NCBI GenBank assembly: GCA_964016885.1
Contig: CAXHJY010001298.1
Location: 1 to 64,000, forward strand
Origin: Eledone cirrhosa
Taxonomy: Eukaryota
Direction: 5' to 3'
Length of the DNA stretch: 64,000 nucleotides
Under the pieces are notes generated by a model. The model had not been told where the DNA came from. It worked only from the letters and a program-made list of their open reading frames with translations, and did no database searches. Below are positions 11,955 to 25,080 of this stretch, one piece after another (positions within the stretch are counted from its first letter, which is position 1; each line of letters opens with the position of its first letter). The position numbers were made by a program, and so were the translations under genes.

Positions 11955-12462
11955 GTGAGTATTTATTAATATTTGGTATACTGCTATTTTTAAAGTTTCA
12001 TTTATTTTCAAGAAATACTAAACAGATTTAATATAAATGAACAAATAAAGACCATGTTTGACTATTTTAAAAATCAAATAAGTAAGGAAACTTTGACTAG
12101 TTTAAAGAGCAGCAATATCATGAAATAGAAGTATTTAGAAATACTATACCAGTTGTTTATTACTATATCAGTTGTTTATTGTCTTAAAATTAATCAAGAT
12201 TATGCCTAAGTTTGTTGTTGCTTTGTGGTCCTAGCAGACATGGCCATTCTTGCAAATGGCCATCTCTATCTCAATTCAAATAAGTAGATAGGTGGTTTGA
12301 CAACCCAAGATGTTAGATGTTTCTACCATTAGGGGTTTGATGATGACCCTTTTAGAGAAAGAAAGGTACTTCAACAGCTTGCAATCTTCAGCCTCTCAGG
12401 TAATGGATCCTGGGTATGATACTGATTTTGCCAAGTTTTGCAACAAAATATTTTTGGATGAA

Positions 12463-12567
12463 ATATTGTTGATGATTAATTTTATTTTAAATATTGTATG
12501 ATTAATTTTATTTTAAATATTGTATGATTAATTTTATTTTAAATATTGTATGATTAATTTTATTTTA
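12463..12567. repeat. 26-bp tandem repeat, ~4 copies
   Basis: ATGATTAATTTTATTTTAAATATTGT repeated exactly. Confidence 0.9.
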
Positions 12568-12921
12568 TTTTAGAAGGGGTGGGAATATTAATTTATATTT
12601 GCACAATTTTAACCCTTTTGTGACCATATTTCTATTGAAATAGATTACCTACCTATGTATTTGAATTAGTTTTGAAAACAACAATTTGGAAAGCTTTAAT
12701 AAAATAACTAACTTTGTTATTACTAAGTTTGTGTTTAGAACATAACAAAAGGTTCTTAAAAATTATTATGGAAGGTTTTAATTTAAACCTTTTGTTATCA
12801 TATTTCTAATGAAATCTTGTTGAAAGTAATAAAAGAATTGTGAGAATTTAGAATTTAGTAGAAAATGTATACTGACTTGTTCCTTATAAATGTTTATAAT
12901 GTTTTGTTTTGTCTCTTATAG

Positions 12922-13052
12922 TTACCTGGTACAGATCTTCTGCAGAACTACAATTTCAGATTTGGTCGGTCAAACCTCATTGAAATGCCCTTGACAATAA
13001 ATCCTACAGGCTGTGCTCGCTCTGAACCAAAACTGAGAACCCACTTCAAGAA
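12922..13052 (+). CDS. KMT2C: KMT2C/D exon, FYRC end and WIN (WDR5-interaction) motif
   Basis: LPGTDLLQNYNFRFGRSNLIEMPLTINPTGCARSEPKLRTHFK(K), contains WIN motif GCARSE; donor gtactt is weak but gives the correct phase. Confidence 0.92.
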
Positions 13053-15146
13053 GTACTTTCATCGGTTTATATTCCTCTTAATTTGAATATTACCATGTTT
13101 CTTTATGCTGCTTTACATTTAGAGATGCCTAATTTATAATCACTAGATTGTTGTTGATGCAACTTACCCATGAAAATCTAGCTAGTTTCATGAGGTTGCA
13201 TTTCACAGGAGGTTTTCCAGGTGTTTTAATCTCTATCAATATATGAGTTATCATTTATCGTCCATTTTTTTAATGGTATAGGTTGGAGAAAGACAAGGAC
13301 TTATTCCAGTTTCATGGGCGTTAAGCAGCTGACAGTACAAGTGCTCCCCAATGGAATGTTAGTTCAACACCTGGCTAACTGCCTGTTACTGCTGGTAACC
13401 ATTTTCAACTGCTTGGACTGAAGCAATATGAAAAGTGCCTTTCTCAATGACGCAGTGCATCACATGGTCTTGGAATGAACCTAGAAACTTAGGATCAAGA
13501 GTTTCACACACTAGCTACTAGACTACACAACTTCACAATCAATGTATATTTAAAATATCTATCAATATAGCATGAAAAGTGGTTGTAAAATGATGGTATA
13601 TAGCATCATCATCACAGTTTTACATCCATTTTTCCATACTTGTCTTAGTTGGTCAGACTTCCAGATGCCAACCCTCATTTGTCTTCTTAAGTGCAGTACA
13701 GATCTGTACATGTTTAAACCACTGTACAATGAGATCTCTGTTTACATGGAAAGTAAAGAAATATCACTACCTGCAGTTTTGAATGTGAAGAACAGAGACA
13801 GACACACAGGTGTGTAAATTCTGAAAAGTAGTAGTGCTGGTGCCACAATAAAAAACACTCCATCTACACTTGGTGCCATGATAAAATGCACACAGTGAAG
13901 TGATTGGCATTAGGAAGGGCATCTAGCCACACAATTCCTGCCAGAATGGACATATGAGTGAGATGCAGTCATCTGACATGCCTGACTCCAGAATATGACA
14001 ACTCTTTTAACTCGTGCAAGCATGGAAAATATATGTAAAACAGTGGCAGCATTAGTGGCCCACAGTTTTCACTGAGCAAATTCACTCACAAGGCTATAGT
14101 AACAGTGATTTACCCAATACCACATCATTGCTGAACTAACACCTACACACATGCATACATTGCACACACAATACTCTATCTATTATGCATGTGTTTTTTA
14201 TGCCTTACTAACTGTGTGGTTATTTGCTATATATATTAAAACAACAACAAGCATTTTAGGGTCATTTTCTCTGCTAAAGCAGGATTACCTTTGCAGGCCC
14301 TATGATAGGCTTTATACTCATCATAGGGTCTTGTTTGAAGTAATGTTTCATAGCTGAATGCTCATCCTGTTACTAACCCTTTTAGTCACCTCTTAATACA
14401 TATAGGGATACAGTGTACCTATTCTAAACTGGAAACACACAGTTATTTGCCAATATATGCTTGTTTCATAATATTTTCAATGGCTTTTAATATTTCATAT
14501 TATATAAATGGCAAATTTACAGAATGATTAGAACATCATATAGAATGCTTTGCAGTGTTTGTTCTGGCACTCTGTGCTCTGAGTTCAAAATCTGCCATGG
14601 TTAAGTTTTATTGTAGGTTGCATGTACCCAGCTTAGAATAGCTAGACTGTATTCCTTTATGTCATAAGAAATGACTAAATAGGGTTGGTGTCATGAGGGC
14701 CATCAGCCTGTACAACATTGTTCCAAAAAGTCCCTGTCTAACCTATGCCAGCATAGAAAAGTTGATGTAAACATGATAATGATTATATCTTAGCAGCCTA
14801 GTAGTTTTTTTCCCCTCTCTGTCAAGGGAATTGTGTCCAGAAACATTTCTGATATCAATAAATAATATTTTAAACTTTTCGTTACCCTATTTCTAACAAA
14901 AGACACTAAACATTTAAAAATAATTTTGAAAATAAAAACATTTCATGGATTTGGTAAAATAACTAACTTTCTCACTATTAAGTTGGTGTTTGGAACATAA
15001 CTTCAAGGTTCTTATATAAAAAAGCTTTTTGGCTGAATATAAACACTTCAAAATAAACATTTTTCAACATCAAAATACAATATTTATTAACTTTCACACT
15101 GCATATGTTTGAATCATATTTTTCTCATTGTAATTGTATTTTTCAG

Positions 15147-15324
15147 ACCTCATACATTACAAACCAGTATCACTTCCCGTTCTTTGCCCACCACAGTAAC
15201 AGGTGTCAGTGGTGATGTCAACTCCCCTTATATGAAGCAATTTGTTCATTCCAAATCTCAACAATATAGAAGATTGAAAACAGAATGGAGGAATAATGTC
15301 TACTTGGCTCGTTCCAGGATACAA
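15147..15324 (+). CDS. KMT2C: KMT2C/D exon, pre-SET linker and SET start
   Basis: PHTLQTSITSRSLPTTVTGVSGDVNSPYMKQFVHSKSQQYRRLKTEWRNNVYLARSRIQ; tttcag / gtatgt. Confidence 0.95.
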
Positions 15325-16226
15325 GTATGTAATTTCATTTACATTATTATTATTTAATTTTTAGGGTTGTGGATTGTCAGAATTGTTAGAACATTGGACA
15401 AATGTTTCATGGTATTTGTTTCAGCTCTTTTCATTTTCATTTCAAATCCTGGCAGGGTCAATTTTTGCCTTTCATCCTTCTGAGTCAATAAAAGAAAGTA
15501 CCAGTAAAGTACTGGGGTTGATTTATTCAGTTGTTGTGTAAGACTTATTACTAACTTTTTCATTACCATATGTTTGATGAAAGACACTCCCTATAATTTT
15601 CAAATAATTCTGAAAATAATAATGATGGAAGGTTTTTAGAGAAATATAAATCTTTAAAACTAACAGTTTTGTATTATAGAACCAGAGACAGTTTTAGGTG
15701 GTATCAAAAGGGTTATGAGCGTAGATTAGTAGAATCATAAGAGCGTTGGACAAAATGCTTTCAGATGTTTATTTTTGGTCTTCACATTTTGAGTTGAAAT
15801 CCTGGTCAATTTTACTTTTCATTTTCCGGGGTTAATAAAATATAGTACCAGTCAAGTACTAGGTCGATATAATTGACTTTCCCGTCTTGGCAAATTGCTG
15901 GCCTTGGATCAATGTTAGCAAGAATGATTATGGTTGTGAAGTTGGCAGAATTGTTAGAGCATTGGATAAAATGCTTTGCAGTATTTATTCTGGCATTTTA
16001 CCTTCTGTGTTCAAATCCTGCTAAGTTCAATTTTGCCTTTCATCCTTTTGGAGTCTAAAATAAAATACCAGTTAAGTATTGAGGGGTCAATTTAATCAAC
16101 TTTCCTTATAGCCTCAAATTGCTGGCCTTGTACCTAAATTAGAAACTATTGTTATATTTAATGTTTTCATTTTACCAACCAAAGGTAAGCCTTTTGTAAT
16201 CTTCAAACATTTTTTTATCATTATAG

Positions 16227-16343
16227 GGACTTGGTCTTTTTTCTGCACGAGATTTGGACAAACATACCATGGTGATTGAATACATTGGAGACTTAATACG
16301 TAATGAAGTTGCCAACAAAAGAGAAATAGTATATGAAGCTCAG
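16227..16343 (+). CDS. KMT2C: KMT2C/D exon, SET domain
   Basis: GLGLFSARDLDKHTMVIEYIGDLIRNEVANKREIVYEAQ; ttatag / gtaatt. Confidence 0.96.
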
Positions 16344-16699
16344 GTAATTATTGTTTACAATTGTTTTAGATATTTCAATGAAGGTGAATGTAATTTTATT
16401 AAAAAAAAATAAAAAAAAGTCTATTATTATATTATATTTTGGCATTTTCATTTTGTATCTTGAATCATGTGTGTGTGTATGTGTGTATGTACTTGTGTAG
16501 GCATTCATTCTGGAAGGGTTGAGTTGATTCCAATCAATGAATTCATATCATCTCAAACTGTGGCTGCTTACGCACAGCTATCAGAGATGTTCAGCACAGA
16601 TAATAATATTGGTCAGTCATGACATATATGTAAGGATCAAATATTAGTTTAAGTTCTGACTTGATTGTGCCTATCTTTGCCATTTATGACATCACAGGA

Positions 16700-17150
16700 A
16701 GAAGCTCTGGCATGACTGCATTGCAGATGAGTTCATCTTGTAGACAGTGGAGTGTGTGACTAAATCAACATTGGGTGCCTTTTGAGTAGAAGTTGTTGGA
16801 GAGAATCAATCTGGCAGCAACAGTGAATTTTGGAGTTTGACACAAAATCCAATAAGCAAACATTAAATATTTGATGAAGGCAAAAGTAGTCAAATACTTC
16901 CAGTTTACATAAATCTTCTGTTCTCATTGGCCACATCTTGCAACTATATAAGAGGATGGTGCTCAATAGATGTAGGATTTTTTTGACTAGATGAATCTCT
17001 GACAGACCAGAGCCAGCTTAGAAGACAACATAATGCAGCACATGCACGGTTGATGCAGATGTCTGCCTCATTTTTACCTTAGCTTATAGCAGTGAAGGTG
17101 GGGTTGAGATATTTGAATTGATAGACCTTTTTCAACATCTTGCCATTGAG
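16700..17150 (-). mobile_element. Old degenerate RTE/BovB-like LINE fragment
   Basis: ORF 16760..16966 ILLYSCKMWPM...LEVFD.FCLHQIFNVCLLDFVSN resembles LLYGCETW...LEVFxxxCLRxILxIxWxDxVSN. Confidence 0.6.
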
Positions 17151-17905
17151 TATAACAGAGATTCACTCAGAAGGCAAGATTTCAGCAGATACTATCTTCT
17201 GAGAGAGGTTCTGGGGGAGGGGGTGTATTATTAATAATCTATTCAGTTAACTGAAAGATCAACTTGAAAATTTTGATACAAATTAATTTATCATATTTGT
17301 CTGAACACACAAGTCAAATAAATTGTAACTGTAATGTTGAAAATTACTTAATAATATGTAGTTAATGATTATCTTTGATAATTAGTACTAAATTCCCCTA
17401 GTACACTTTATAAAATCTTATCTAATCCATGCTATCATGGGGGTGGTGAATGATGTAGAAACGATGATAACAAGGATGTATAATTCTAAATGTTAAATTT
17501 GTTTAAAACTTTATAATGACATTGTTTAAAAATCTGTTGTATAAAACTTATTGATGAGGCAGATGACGAGAGATTTTAAAAAAATTGACTATTTAACATA
17601 GCATGATATGTATTACACAATATTGCTGGATCCAATTGTTGAGGAATGATGGAAGTGACTGGGTGATAGAAATGAATGTTGATGGAAGTAGAGCATGGAG
17701 AAGACCCAAAAAGATATGGCTAAACATTTTGGAGGAAATATAAACCAAGGGTTTAATGATGGTGACACAGGTGAGGGAAAAATAAGGAGGCCTGTCATGA
17801 TGCCTACTACGTTAATCCATGCTTTAGCAGGGAAGATAGCCTTAAAACAATTGTTGTTTTAACATGTATATATATATATATATATTGAATTCTCTTCTGT
17901 TTCAG

Positions 17906-18088
17906 AATCGTGGTGTCTACATGTTCCGCAGTGATACAGACACAGTTATAGATGCCACAATGGTTGGAGGCTTAGCTCGTTACATCAACCATTCATGCAA
18001 TCCCAACTGTGTAGCTGAAGTTGTGCCCTTTGAAAAAGAAAGTAAAATTATTATCATTACAAGCAGGAAAATCGTGCGAGGAGAAGAG
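17906..18088 (+). CDS. KMT2C: KMT2C/D exon, SET catalytic core
   Basis: NRGVYMFRSDTDTVIDATMVGGLARYINHSCNPNCVAEVVPFEKESKIIIITSRKIVRGEE (RYINHSCxPN motif); tttcag / gttagt. Confidence 0.97.
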
Positions 18089-19619
18089 GTTAGTAAACAA
18101 ATATCCTCTTCTATATTATAATAACTGCCCATCTGTTACATAAATGCTATGGTCTGTTAAAAATGTTCTAAAACTTTTATTTAGAATTCATGGAACACTA
18201 ATGTTAGACAAAAAATGGTGGGGCAAATGTTCTAAATGCAGAAAACAGCATTCTTTGTAAACAGTTATTTCACATGTAAAACAATGGATTATGTACAGTA
18301 ATTGTTTCTACTCTTGGTACAAGGTCAGCAATTTATAGGTTAGGGGAAAGTCGATTAAATCAATCCAAGTGTGTTACTTTATTTTATCGACCCCATAAGG
18401 AAGAAAGACAAAGCTAACCTTGGCTGCATTTGAAGTCAGAACATAAAGGGACGTAACTGTATACCTGCCAGCATAGTGTTGATGATGACAGTCCACAGCT
18501 TGTAAACTTGTTCTGGGTAACTTCGTAGATCCTCAAATAGCAATACCCCTCTTGATAACAGTTATTGCAGACATCCAGCATATGTCAAATGCATTGTACA
18601 ATTCCCACAAATGCCTTCGTTCACCTTCTCCAGCCCCCATTAATGTCTTTCTATTTTAAAGGCAATATTTGCTTGTCAGTTTTTTTAAATATTTATGTCT
18701 GCTCCCAGAGATTGATATATCGCAGGTTCAGAAGATACTGTATAAGGGTGAAAGCTAAAATTGTTTGCTTAAACTTTTAATCCCTACTAAGAATAAATGT
18801 GTGTGTAAATAAATGAATAAATAAAGTTAATATGTTCGACAAAACAGACAAGACATGATTAGAAAAACTTATTTAATTATACATTTTAACATGTGTTTCA
18901 TTATTGAGTTATGTCATGGTCTACGGGCCTGTTAAGAAATATTAATATTTCCAATCATTCTTCTGCAATGCCACAGACCTCACAACTCAACAAATCTCAA
19001 GAAAATGAATACAATTTTTAGAATTTGAGTGATATTATTGAATGTAAAGAGGGAGGATTGATGAGTTGACCTATGGGCTTCCAGCAATATTTGGTGCTAC
19101 ATAAATGAGACATGTCATTGATTGAGAAATAATTAATCTATAGATCTCTTTAATATCTATAAATCTCTTAGTAGTATCAACTTGACAGTTACAGATGCCA
19201 CTTGATGCCACTTGTCTATGTAATAAAACCAGCTAATTGAAAGAGATAGAAGTGATAGAAATTGAGAAATGGAGGTAGAGTGATAGGTTCTAATTATGGG
19301 TTAGCTAGGGCTATAATTAGAAAATGTTTTTAGGTATTTGTGTTTACAGTTGAATATCTTATCTTGTCAAGAGTTCATTCGTTTCTTTTCTGTCAAGATT
19401 TCTTTTACTTCCATCGCACAAAGATCACAATCCATTCTTTCACATCAGTAGGCGTGGGCAAATCTATATAGGTCCTTTGCACACAGTGCCCATGTCTTAC
19501 TGCCATGCAGCATTGCAGTTCATATACACACCTCATACAATCTGCTCTTCATTTTGAGGGAGAAGCTTTTATAGGTAGCAAGTTGTAGCAGCTCCCTGAA
19601 CCTTCTTCATCCTGTCCTC

Positions 19620-20054
19620 ACTCTGGCTACTGTACTTTCGGAACACCCACCTCTACTATTAATTTGGTCACCCAGGTAACAGAAACCGTCAACTGCCATT
19701 TCCTAGAAGGGACTAGGGCTGTGTTTTCCTTACTAATTACTAGCACTTTCATCTTTGCTAAATTAACTTTAAGACTTTTTGATTCCAGATCAGGAATTTT
19801 TTTCTCTAGTTCTGCCATAGATTCAGATCATCAGCATACAGGAGTTCCCAAGGGCATCCTGTTTTAAACTCTTCTGTTATAGCTGTGAGGATGATAATAA
19901 ACAGTAGAGGGCTAAGGACGGAGCCCTGGTGGACCCCAACTTGCATGCTATAGTCATTATTCATTTTAACCATGCCGGCTGCAGCTCTATACGCAGCTTG
20001 TATTGCCCTCACCAGCCACTCATCTGCTCCTAGTTTCCTAAACGCCCAGTTCAT
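19620..20054 (-). mobile_element. Older RTE LINE RT fragment (same clade, internal deletions)
   Basis: WAFRKLGADEWLVRAIQA...VGVHQGSVLSPLLFII...WELLYADDL; continues ESKSLKVNLAKMKVLV. Confidence 0.85.
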
Positions 20055-20219
20055 CAGGACTCAGTTCTCAGCCTACTGCTGTTCATTATAGTTCTCCAGG
20101 CCATAACAGAGGAGTTCAAGTCCAGGGGAACTTCTCTACGCAGCTGATCTGGTCCTTATAGCTGAATCCATAAAGGAACTACAGGATATATTCTGACTAT
20201 GGAAACAGAATTTACAATA

Positions 20220-21050
20220 AAAAGGGCCAAGAGTAAACTTAAAAACTTAAAAAAAAAACTGAAGTGTTGGTAAGCAGGAAAGAAGACAGTATCCCTCATG
20301 CCACCAGGAAAAGAGTAGGCAGAAACTCTATACGATGCACTCAATGCAATCTTGGGTACACAAGAAGTGTAGTGGGATAGTAGGCAGACTAACAGGAAAG
20401 TAAGTCTTTGTATGTACTAGATGCACAGGGGCAATTGATGGGAAGAGCATCTTTGCTATAAACCTTTTCCAATCACATGAAGGATCCATACAAGTAGTTG
20501 ATAGCTTTTATTACCTCTGTGACCTAATTAGCAGTGGAGGAGGGGGCTCCGAGAGCATAATAGCTAGAATAAGTATAGGATAGAAGACGTTTAGAGAGCT
20601 ACTCCCACTGTTGACAACAAAAGGTTTCTCCCAATGTATAAAAGGACGGTTGTATGTCAAATGTGTGCAAAGTGTGATACTGCAAGGTAGTGAAACACGG
20701 GCAGTGACTGTGGAGGACATGCATAAGCTGGAGAGAAATGAAGCAACCGTGTTTCATCGGATGTGCAATATAAATGTGAGAGAATTGCAGAGTTGGATGA
20801 ACTGAGGGAGAAACTGGGTTTAAGATGAGATTGCTGGGTGAAGAAATGACATGAAATCCCAGTAGAAGGAAGCCACAGTAGAGGTAGACCAAGGAAGACC
20901 TAGGCAGAGGTGGTGAGAGCTGATCTCTAATTGCTGAGACTCACAGAGTAGATGATGAATTGAGAGATGCCGAACTGAAAAGAACCAGTCTAACCCATGC
21001 AAGCATGGAAAAACGGACATAAAAATGATGATGATGATGATGATGATGAT
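20220..21050 (+). mobile_element. Older degenerate RTE LINE 3' part with (GAT)n tail
   Basis: ORF 20611..20805 KGRLYVKCVQSVILQGSETRAVTVEDMHKLERNEA; ends CCCATGCAAGCATGGAAAAACGGACATAAAA(TGA)n. Confidence 0.85.
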
Positions 21051-21067
21051 AATGTGTGTATATGTAT

Positions 21068-23354
21068 CATCATCATCATCATCATCATCAACGTTTAACG
21101 TCCGTGTTCCACGCTTGCATGGGTTTGGACGGGGGTAGTCCCACTTGAGGCAAGAGTGATTGTCTTGCTCGCATAGGACTGTCTGGCAGGTTTTCTACAG
21201 TTGGATGCCCTTCCTAACACCAACCACATTTACAGTGTGGGTCTGGGAGGTTTTTACCGTGTTGCCTACACGGCCACATTACAGCGTGGACTGTGTGTTT
21301 TTTTGTCGTGACACCTACACGATCTCATTTGTTTCGGCCTCGATGGCGCGGCACCAACATAACTTTACATAGAACGGGGTGGTGTGGATCGGGTGGGGGT
21401 GGGGGTGGTGGGACGGGGTGTATTTTGTTAGAGATGCCTACTGGCTGGAGTAGGTTTTACTATATATTTAGGTAAGGCGGGTCTTCTCTGTTACTGAGTA
21501 CCGCCAAAGGTCTCGGTCCAGTGACATTGTCTTGGAGAGGTGTAAGTGTGTGATGTCGGAGTTTATCAGCTCGTCCCAGGTTTTTCTAGGTCTGCCTATT
21601 CCGTGACTACCGTCTATCTTTATTGCCCTGCACTTTGTTATACAGCTATCGACTTTCATGCGCATCACGTGTCCATACCAACGTAGCCTTCTCTCGAGTA
21701 AACAACATCTGATCCCTCTTATCTCTAATTTATTCCTTAGTTCGTTTATGCTTTGCCGTTCATGTATATTACTGTTACACATCCAGCGGAGCATGCAAGC
21801 TTCGTTCCTCTCTAGTCTGCGTATATCCTCTGCACACAATGCCCAGGTCTCACTGCCATGCAGCATTGCTGTTCGTATGCAGGCATCGTACAACCTGCCT
21901 TTCATTTTTAGTGAGAACCCTTTAGCAGCTAATAGTGGTATAAGCTCTCTGAACTTTTTCCAACCAGTTCTGACTCTAGCTACAGTACTTTCAGAGCACC
22001 CTCCCCCACTGCTGATTTTATCGCCCAGGTAACGGAAGCTGTCCACTATTTCTATAGAACCCTCTGCGCAATTGAAAGAGCTAGTAGTTTGTGGGCACTT
22101 GCTGCTACTTATTGCACCAGAGCACCGGCCACATGTAAAATCTATGTTCTTAGTTAGCTTACCTGTGATCCCACTACATCTTTTATGCACCCATACTTTG
22201 CATTTAGGACATAAAATGGAGTTTCTACCTACGCCTTTCCTACACACCGAGCACGACCATTTCCCAGAAGGGACCGCCGCCTTGTTTTCTTTCCTACAAA
22301 CTAGTACTTTGGTCTTAGCCAGGTTAATTTTAAGTCCTTTTGACTCTAGGCCGTGCTTCCATGTTTGGAATTTCTTCTCTAGCTCGGCCATTGATTCCGC
22401 TATGAGTGTCAGGTCGTCTGCGTATAGGAGTTCCCATGGGCAGCCTGTCTTGAACTCCTCTGTTATAGCCTGAAGGGCAATAATAAATAGTAGTGGACTG
22501 AGAACAGAGCCCTGATGGACGCCGACTTTTACGCTAAACTCTTCACTATATTCGTTGTTAATTCTAACCTTGCTGACTGTTTCTTTATACATGGCTTGTA
22601 TAGCCCTCACAAGCCATTCGTCAACGCCTAGTTTTCTAAGAGCCCACCAGATAATGGAGCGGGGGACTCTGTCGAAGGCTTTCTCCAAGTCGACAAAAGC
22701 TAAGTAGAGGGGTTTACCTTTAGCTAGGTACTTCTCCTGTAGTTGTCGTACTATGAAAAGAGCGTCTGTGGTACTTTTGCCTGACACAAACCCGAACTGC
22801 ATTTCATCTAGGTCAATTCTCTCTCTGATTAGTTGCGCTATTACTCTTTCCGTGACCTTCATGACCTGGTCGATTAATTTAATGCCTCTATAGTTACTCC
22901 TATCTAGGGCGTCTCCTTTACCCTTATAACAGTTAACGATGATGCTGCTATGCCAGTCCTTCGGAACAACCCCGTTCTGTACGACTTGGTTAACTATGCG
23001 GGTGACCATGGTGTGTCCCACCGTGCCAGATGCCTTCAGCATCTCAGCAACTATTTCCGAAGGCCCAGCCGCCTTACCAGTCTTCATATCCTTGATTGCC
23101 TTACTTATTATACTCCCCTCGACTAACACTGCTGGTCCCTCTATTGGGTCGATATGGGGGAGACTGCCTTTCTCCCAATTATTCTCCTCATTTAGAAGCC
23201 TTTCATAGTGACACTTCCAAGCTACCTTCTTATCAGCGTCGGTGATGGCAAGTGTGCCATCGTCGTTTAGTACACACTTCTCCCCGACAATATCACGGTT
23301 TTCCTTGACGCATTGCCTAGCAATCCTGAACACCTCACGTTTTTGGTCATCGCG
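21068..23354 (-). mobile_element. Young 5'-truncated RTE-clade LINE with uninterrupted RT ORF (APE domain missing)
   Basis: ORF 21468..23396: NYRGIKL, QFGF, FVDLEKAFDRV, GVHQGSVLSPLLF, YADD, FRYLG, RRLRWYGHVMR, GRPRKTW; ~400-nt 3' UTR; (CAT)n tail on +; candidate TSD ATATGTAT at 21060-21067 and 23355-23362. Confidence 0.95.
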
Positions 23355-23401
23355 ATATGTATGTATATATGTATATAAAACCAATCTTTTTCTCATTGCA
23401 G

Positions 23402-23494
23402 CTCACTTATGATTACAAATTTGACTTTGAAGATGATCAGCACAAAATTCCTTGCTTGTGTGGGGCTCCAAACTGCAGAAAATGGATGAACTAG
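23402..23494 (+). CDS. KMT2C: KMT2C/D final coding exon, SET end and post-SET, stop TAG
   Basis: [30 protein letters not shown]; ttgcag acceptor; near-identical to the KMT2C C-terminus. Confidence 0.97.
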   Translation, partial: LTYDYKFDFEDDQHKIPCLCGAPNCRKWMN

Positions 23495-24871
23495 AATTTA
23501 CTGATAGCAAATTATACATTTTGGCACGCTTGTTGTGTAAATATATAATTCTTGGATTATGCTATCTCTCTCTACCAGTAGTGAACAATTTGTTAAAAGT
23601 TCTGAAACTAAAATTATGCATGATGTGAAACCTCAATCTCTTTCCTTCCTTAAGTTACTGTGATTTAATTAGGGAGAAATAAATTAATTAATCAGATAAC
23701 TTGACATAAATTTTATAGTGGCTGCTGATGTTTATTTTGCAAGTTAATCATTTTAGCAAAGGAATTTTTGTCTAAGAATAGTCCTAGGTTAGGAATATAT
23801 GTAAGTATAAATATGATTAATCTCTATAATTTCCACAAAATATAATTTCATTTTCTTTTTAAATTTGACAAATGATTTTAAAAATATTTTTAGCCTTTAA
23901 ATTTGCTAGAAAATCATATCTTTATATATTTGTAATTTCTATAATTATTGAATTTTAAGTTTTACTACTACTACTACTATCAGTAATGCTACTACTTCTA
24001 GGCATTGCTATAGGTGGTGAAGGGCAGAAGAGAATAGAAAAGTTGAATAAAATATTTTCAAGGTCTCAATTACCAAACTGTTACATTCATAAATTGTGGC
24101 TGCATGGTTGGCTGCTGTAAATATATTAATAATTAAATTATTAATTAATCAATCAATTAATTAGTTAGTGAAAGTGCATTGGTATAGTGGTTAGGGTGTT
24201 GGACACAATCATTGGTTGTGGTTTTGATTCCTGGACAGGCTGGTGCATTGTGTCCTTGAGCAAGACACTTCATTTCACATTGCTCCAGTTCACTCAGCTG
24301 GAAAAAAAAATGAGTACTAGCAGCTTTGGGGAAGGGGAGTAGTCCCTTCAGTGTACTGGTGTCGTCTTTTCATATGACTGGAGGCTCCTATAATTAATAC
24401 ACCAGATAAACCTCATGAGATGCAAACTTGTAGGCAGCCAGTTAAGCCTGTATAACTGAGCTGTAACAACAACAACAACAATTAATTAATTGAATACTAT
24501 TATTTTTCATTTAAAGAAAATATCATATGGTAATTATAATTTTACTCAAATATAAACAGCAATTTATATTTGTCAGCTTGCTACCACTAATTCTGAATAA
24601 CTAACTATAAATTAGAAATTGCACATTCTTGTACTGGTTTCAGTCTGTTGACTGGTCATACTGGAGCACATATCATCATTGTTTCCATTAGCAACTGCTT
24701 TAGTTGCCCTATCTTGGTATCAACTTTATTATTAATAATTTTCATTGTTAATACTCCCTACTAATACTAAAATACAATGCACCTATAACTATGTAAAACT
24801 TGGATCTTCATTTTTTTCCTTCTTCCAATCTCTGACTTTGACAAGCTTTCCATTAACATAAATTCAAAGTG

Positions 24872-24918
<47 letters not shown>

Positions 24919-25049
24919 TATATACATACATATATATACACACATACACGTATATATTTATATATGTGTATGTGTGCATATATATGTATGAGTGTATATA
25001 TGTATATTTATGTGTGTGGTGTGTGTGTGCGTGTGTATACATACATACT

Positions 25050-25080
<31 letters not shown>

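Noticed and set aside
22122-22259. RTE PHD finger captured from the host KMT2C/D gene
   Set aside because: No sequence resemblance to the host ePHD exons beyond Cys/His spacing, and the finger is present in independent, older copies of the element.
21658-23208. Plus-strand ORFs over the RTE copies (also 3754-4471)
   Set aside because: Antisense shadows of the RT frame.
23355-23396. N-terminus [14 protein letters not shown] of the 642-aa ORF as a true element start
   Set aside because: It is host intron sequence read antisense beyond the TSD; the element is 5'-truncated and lacks the APE endonuclease.
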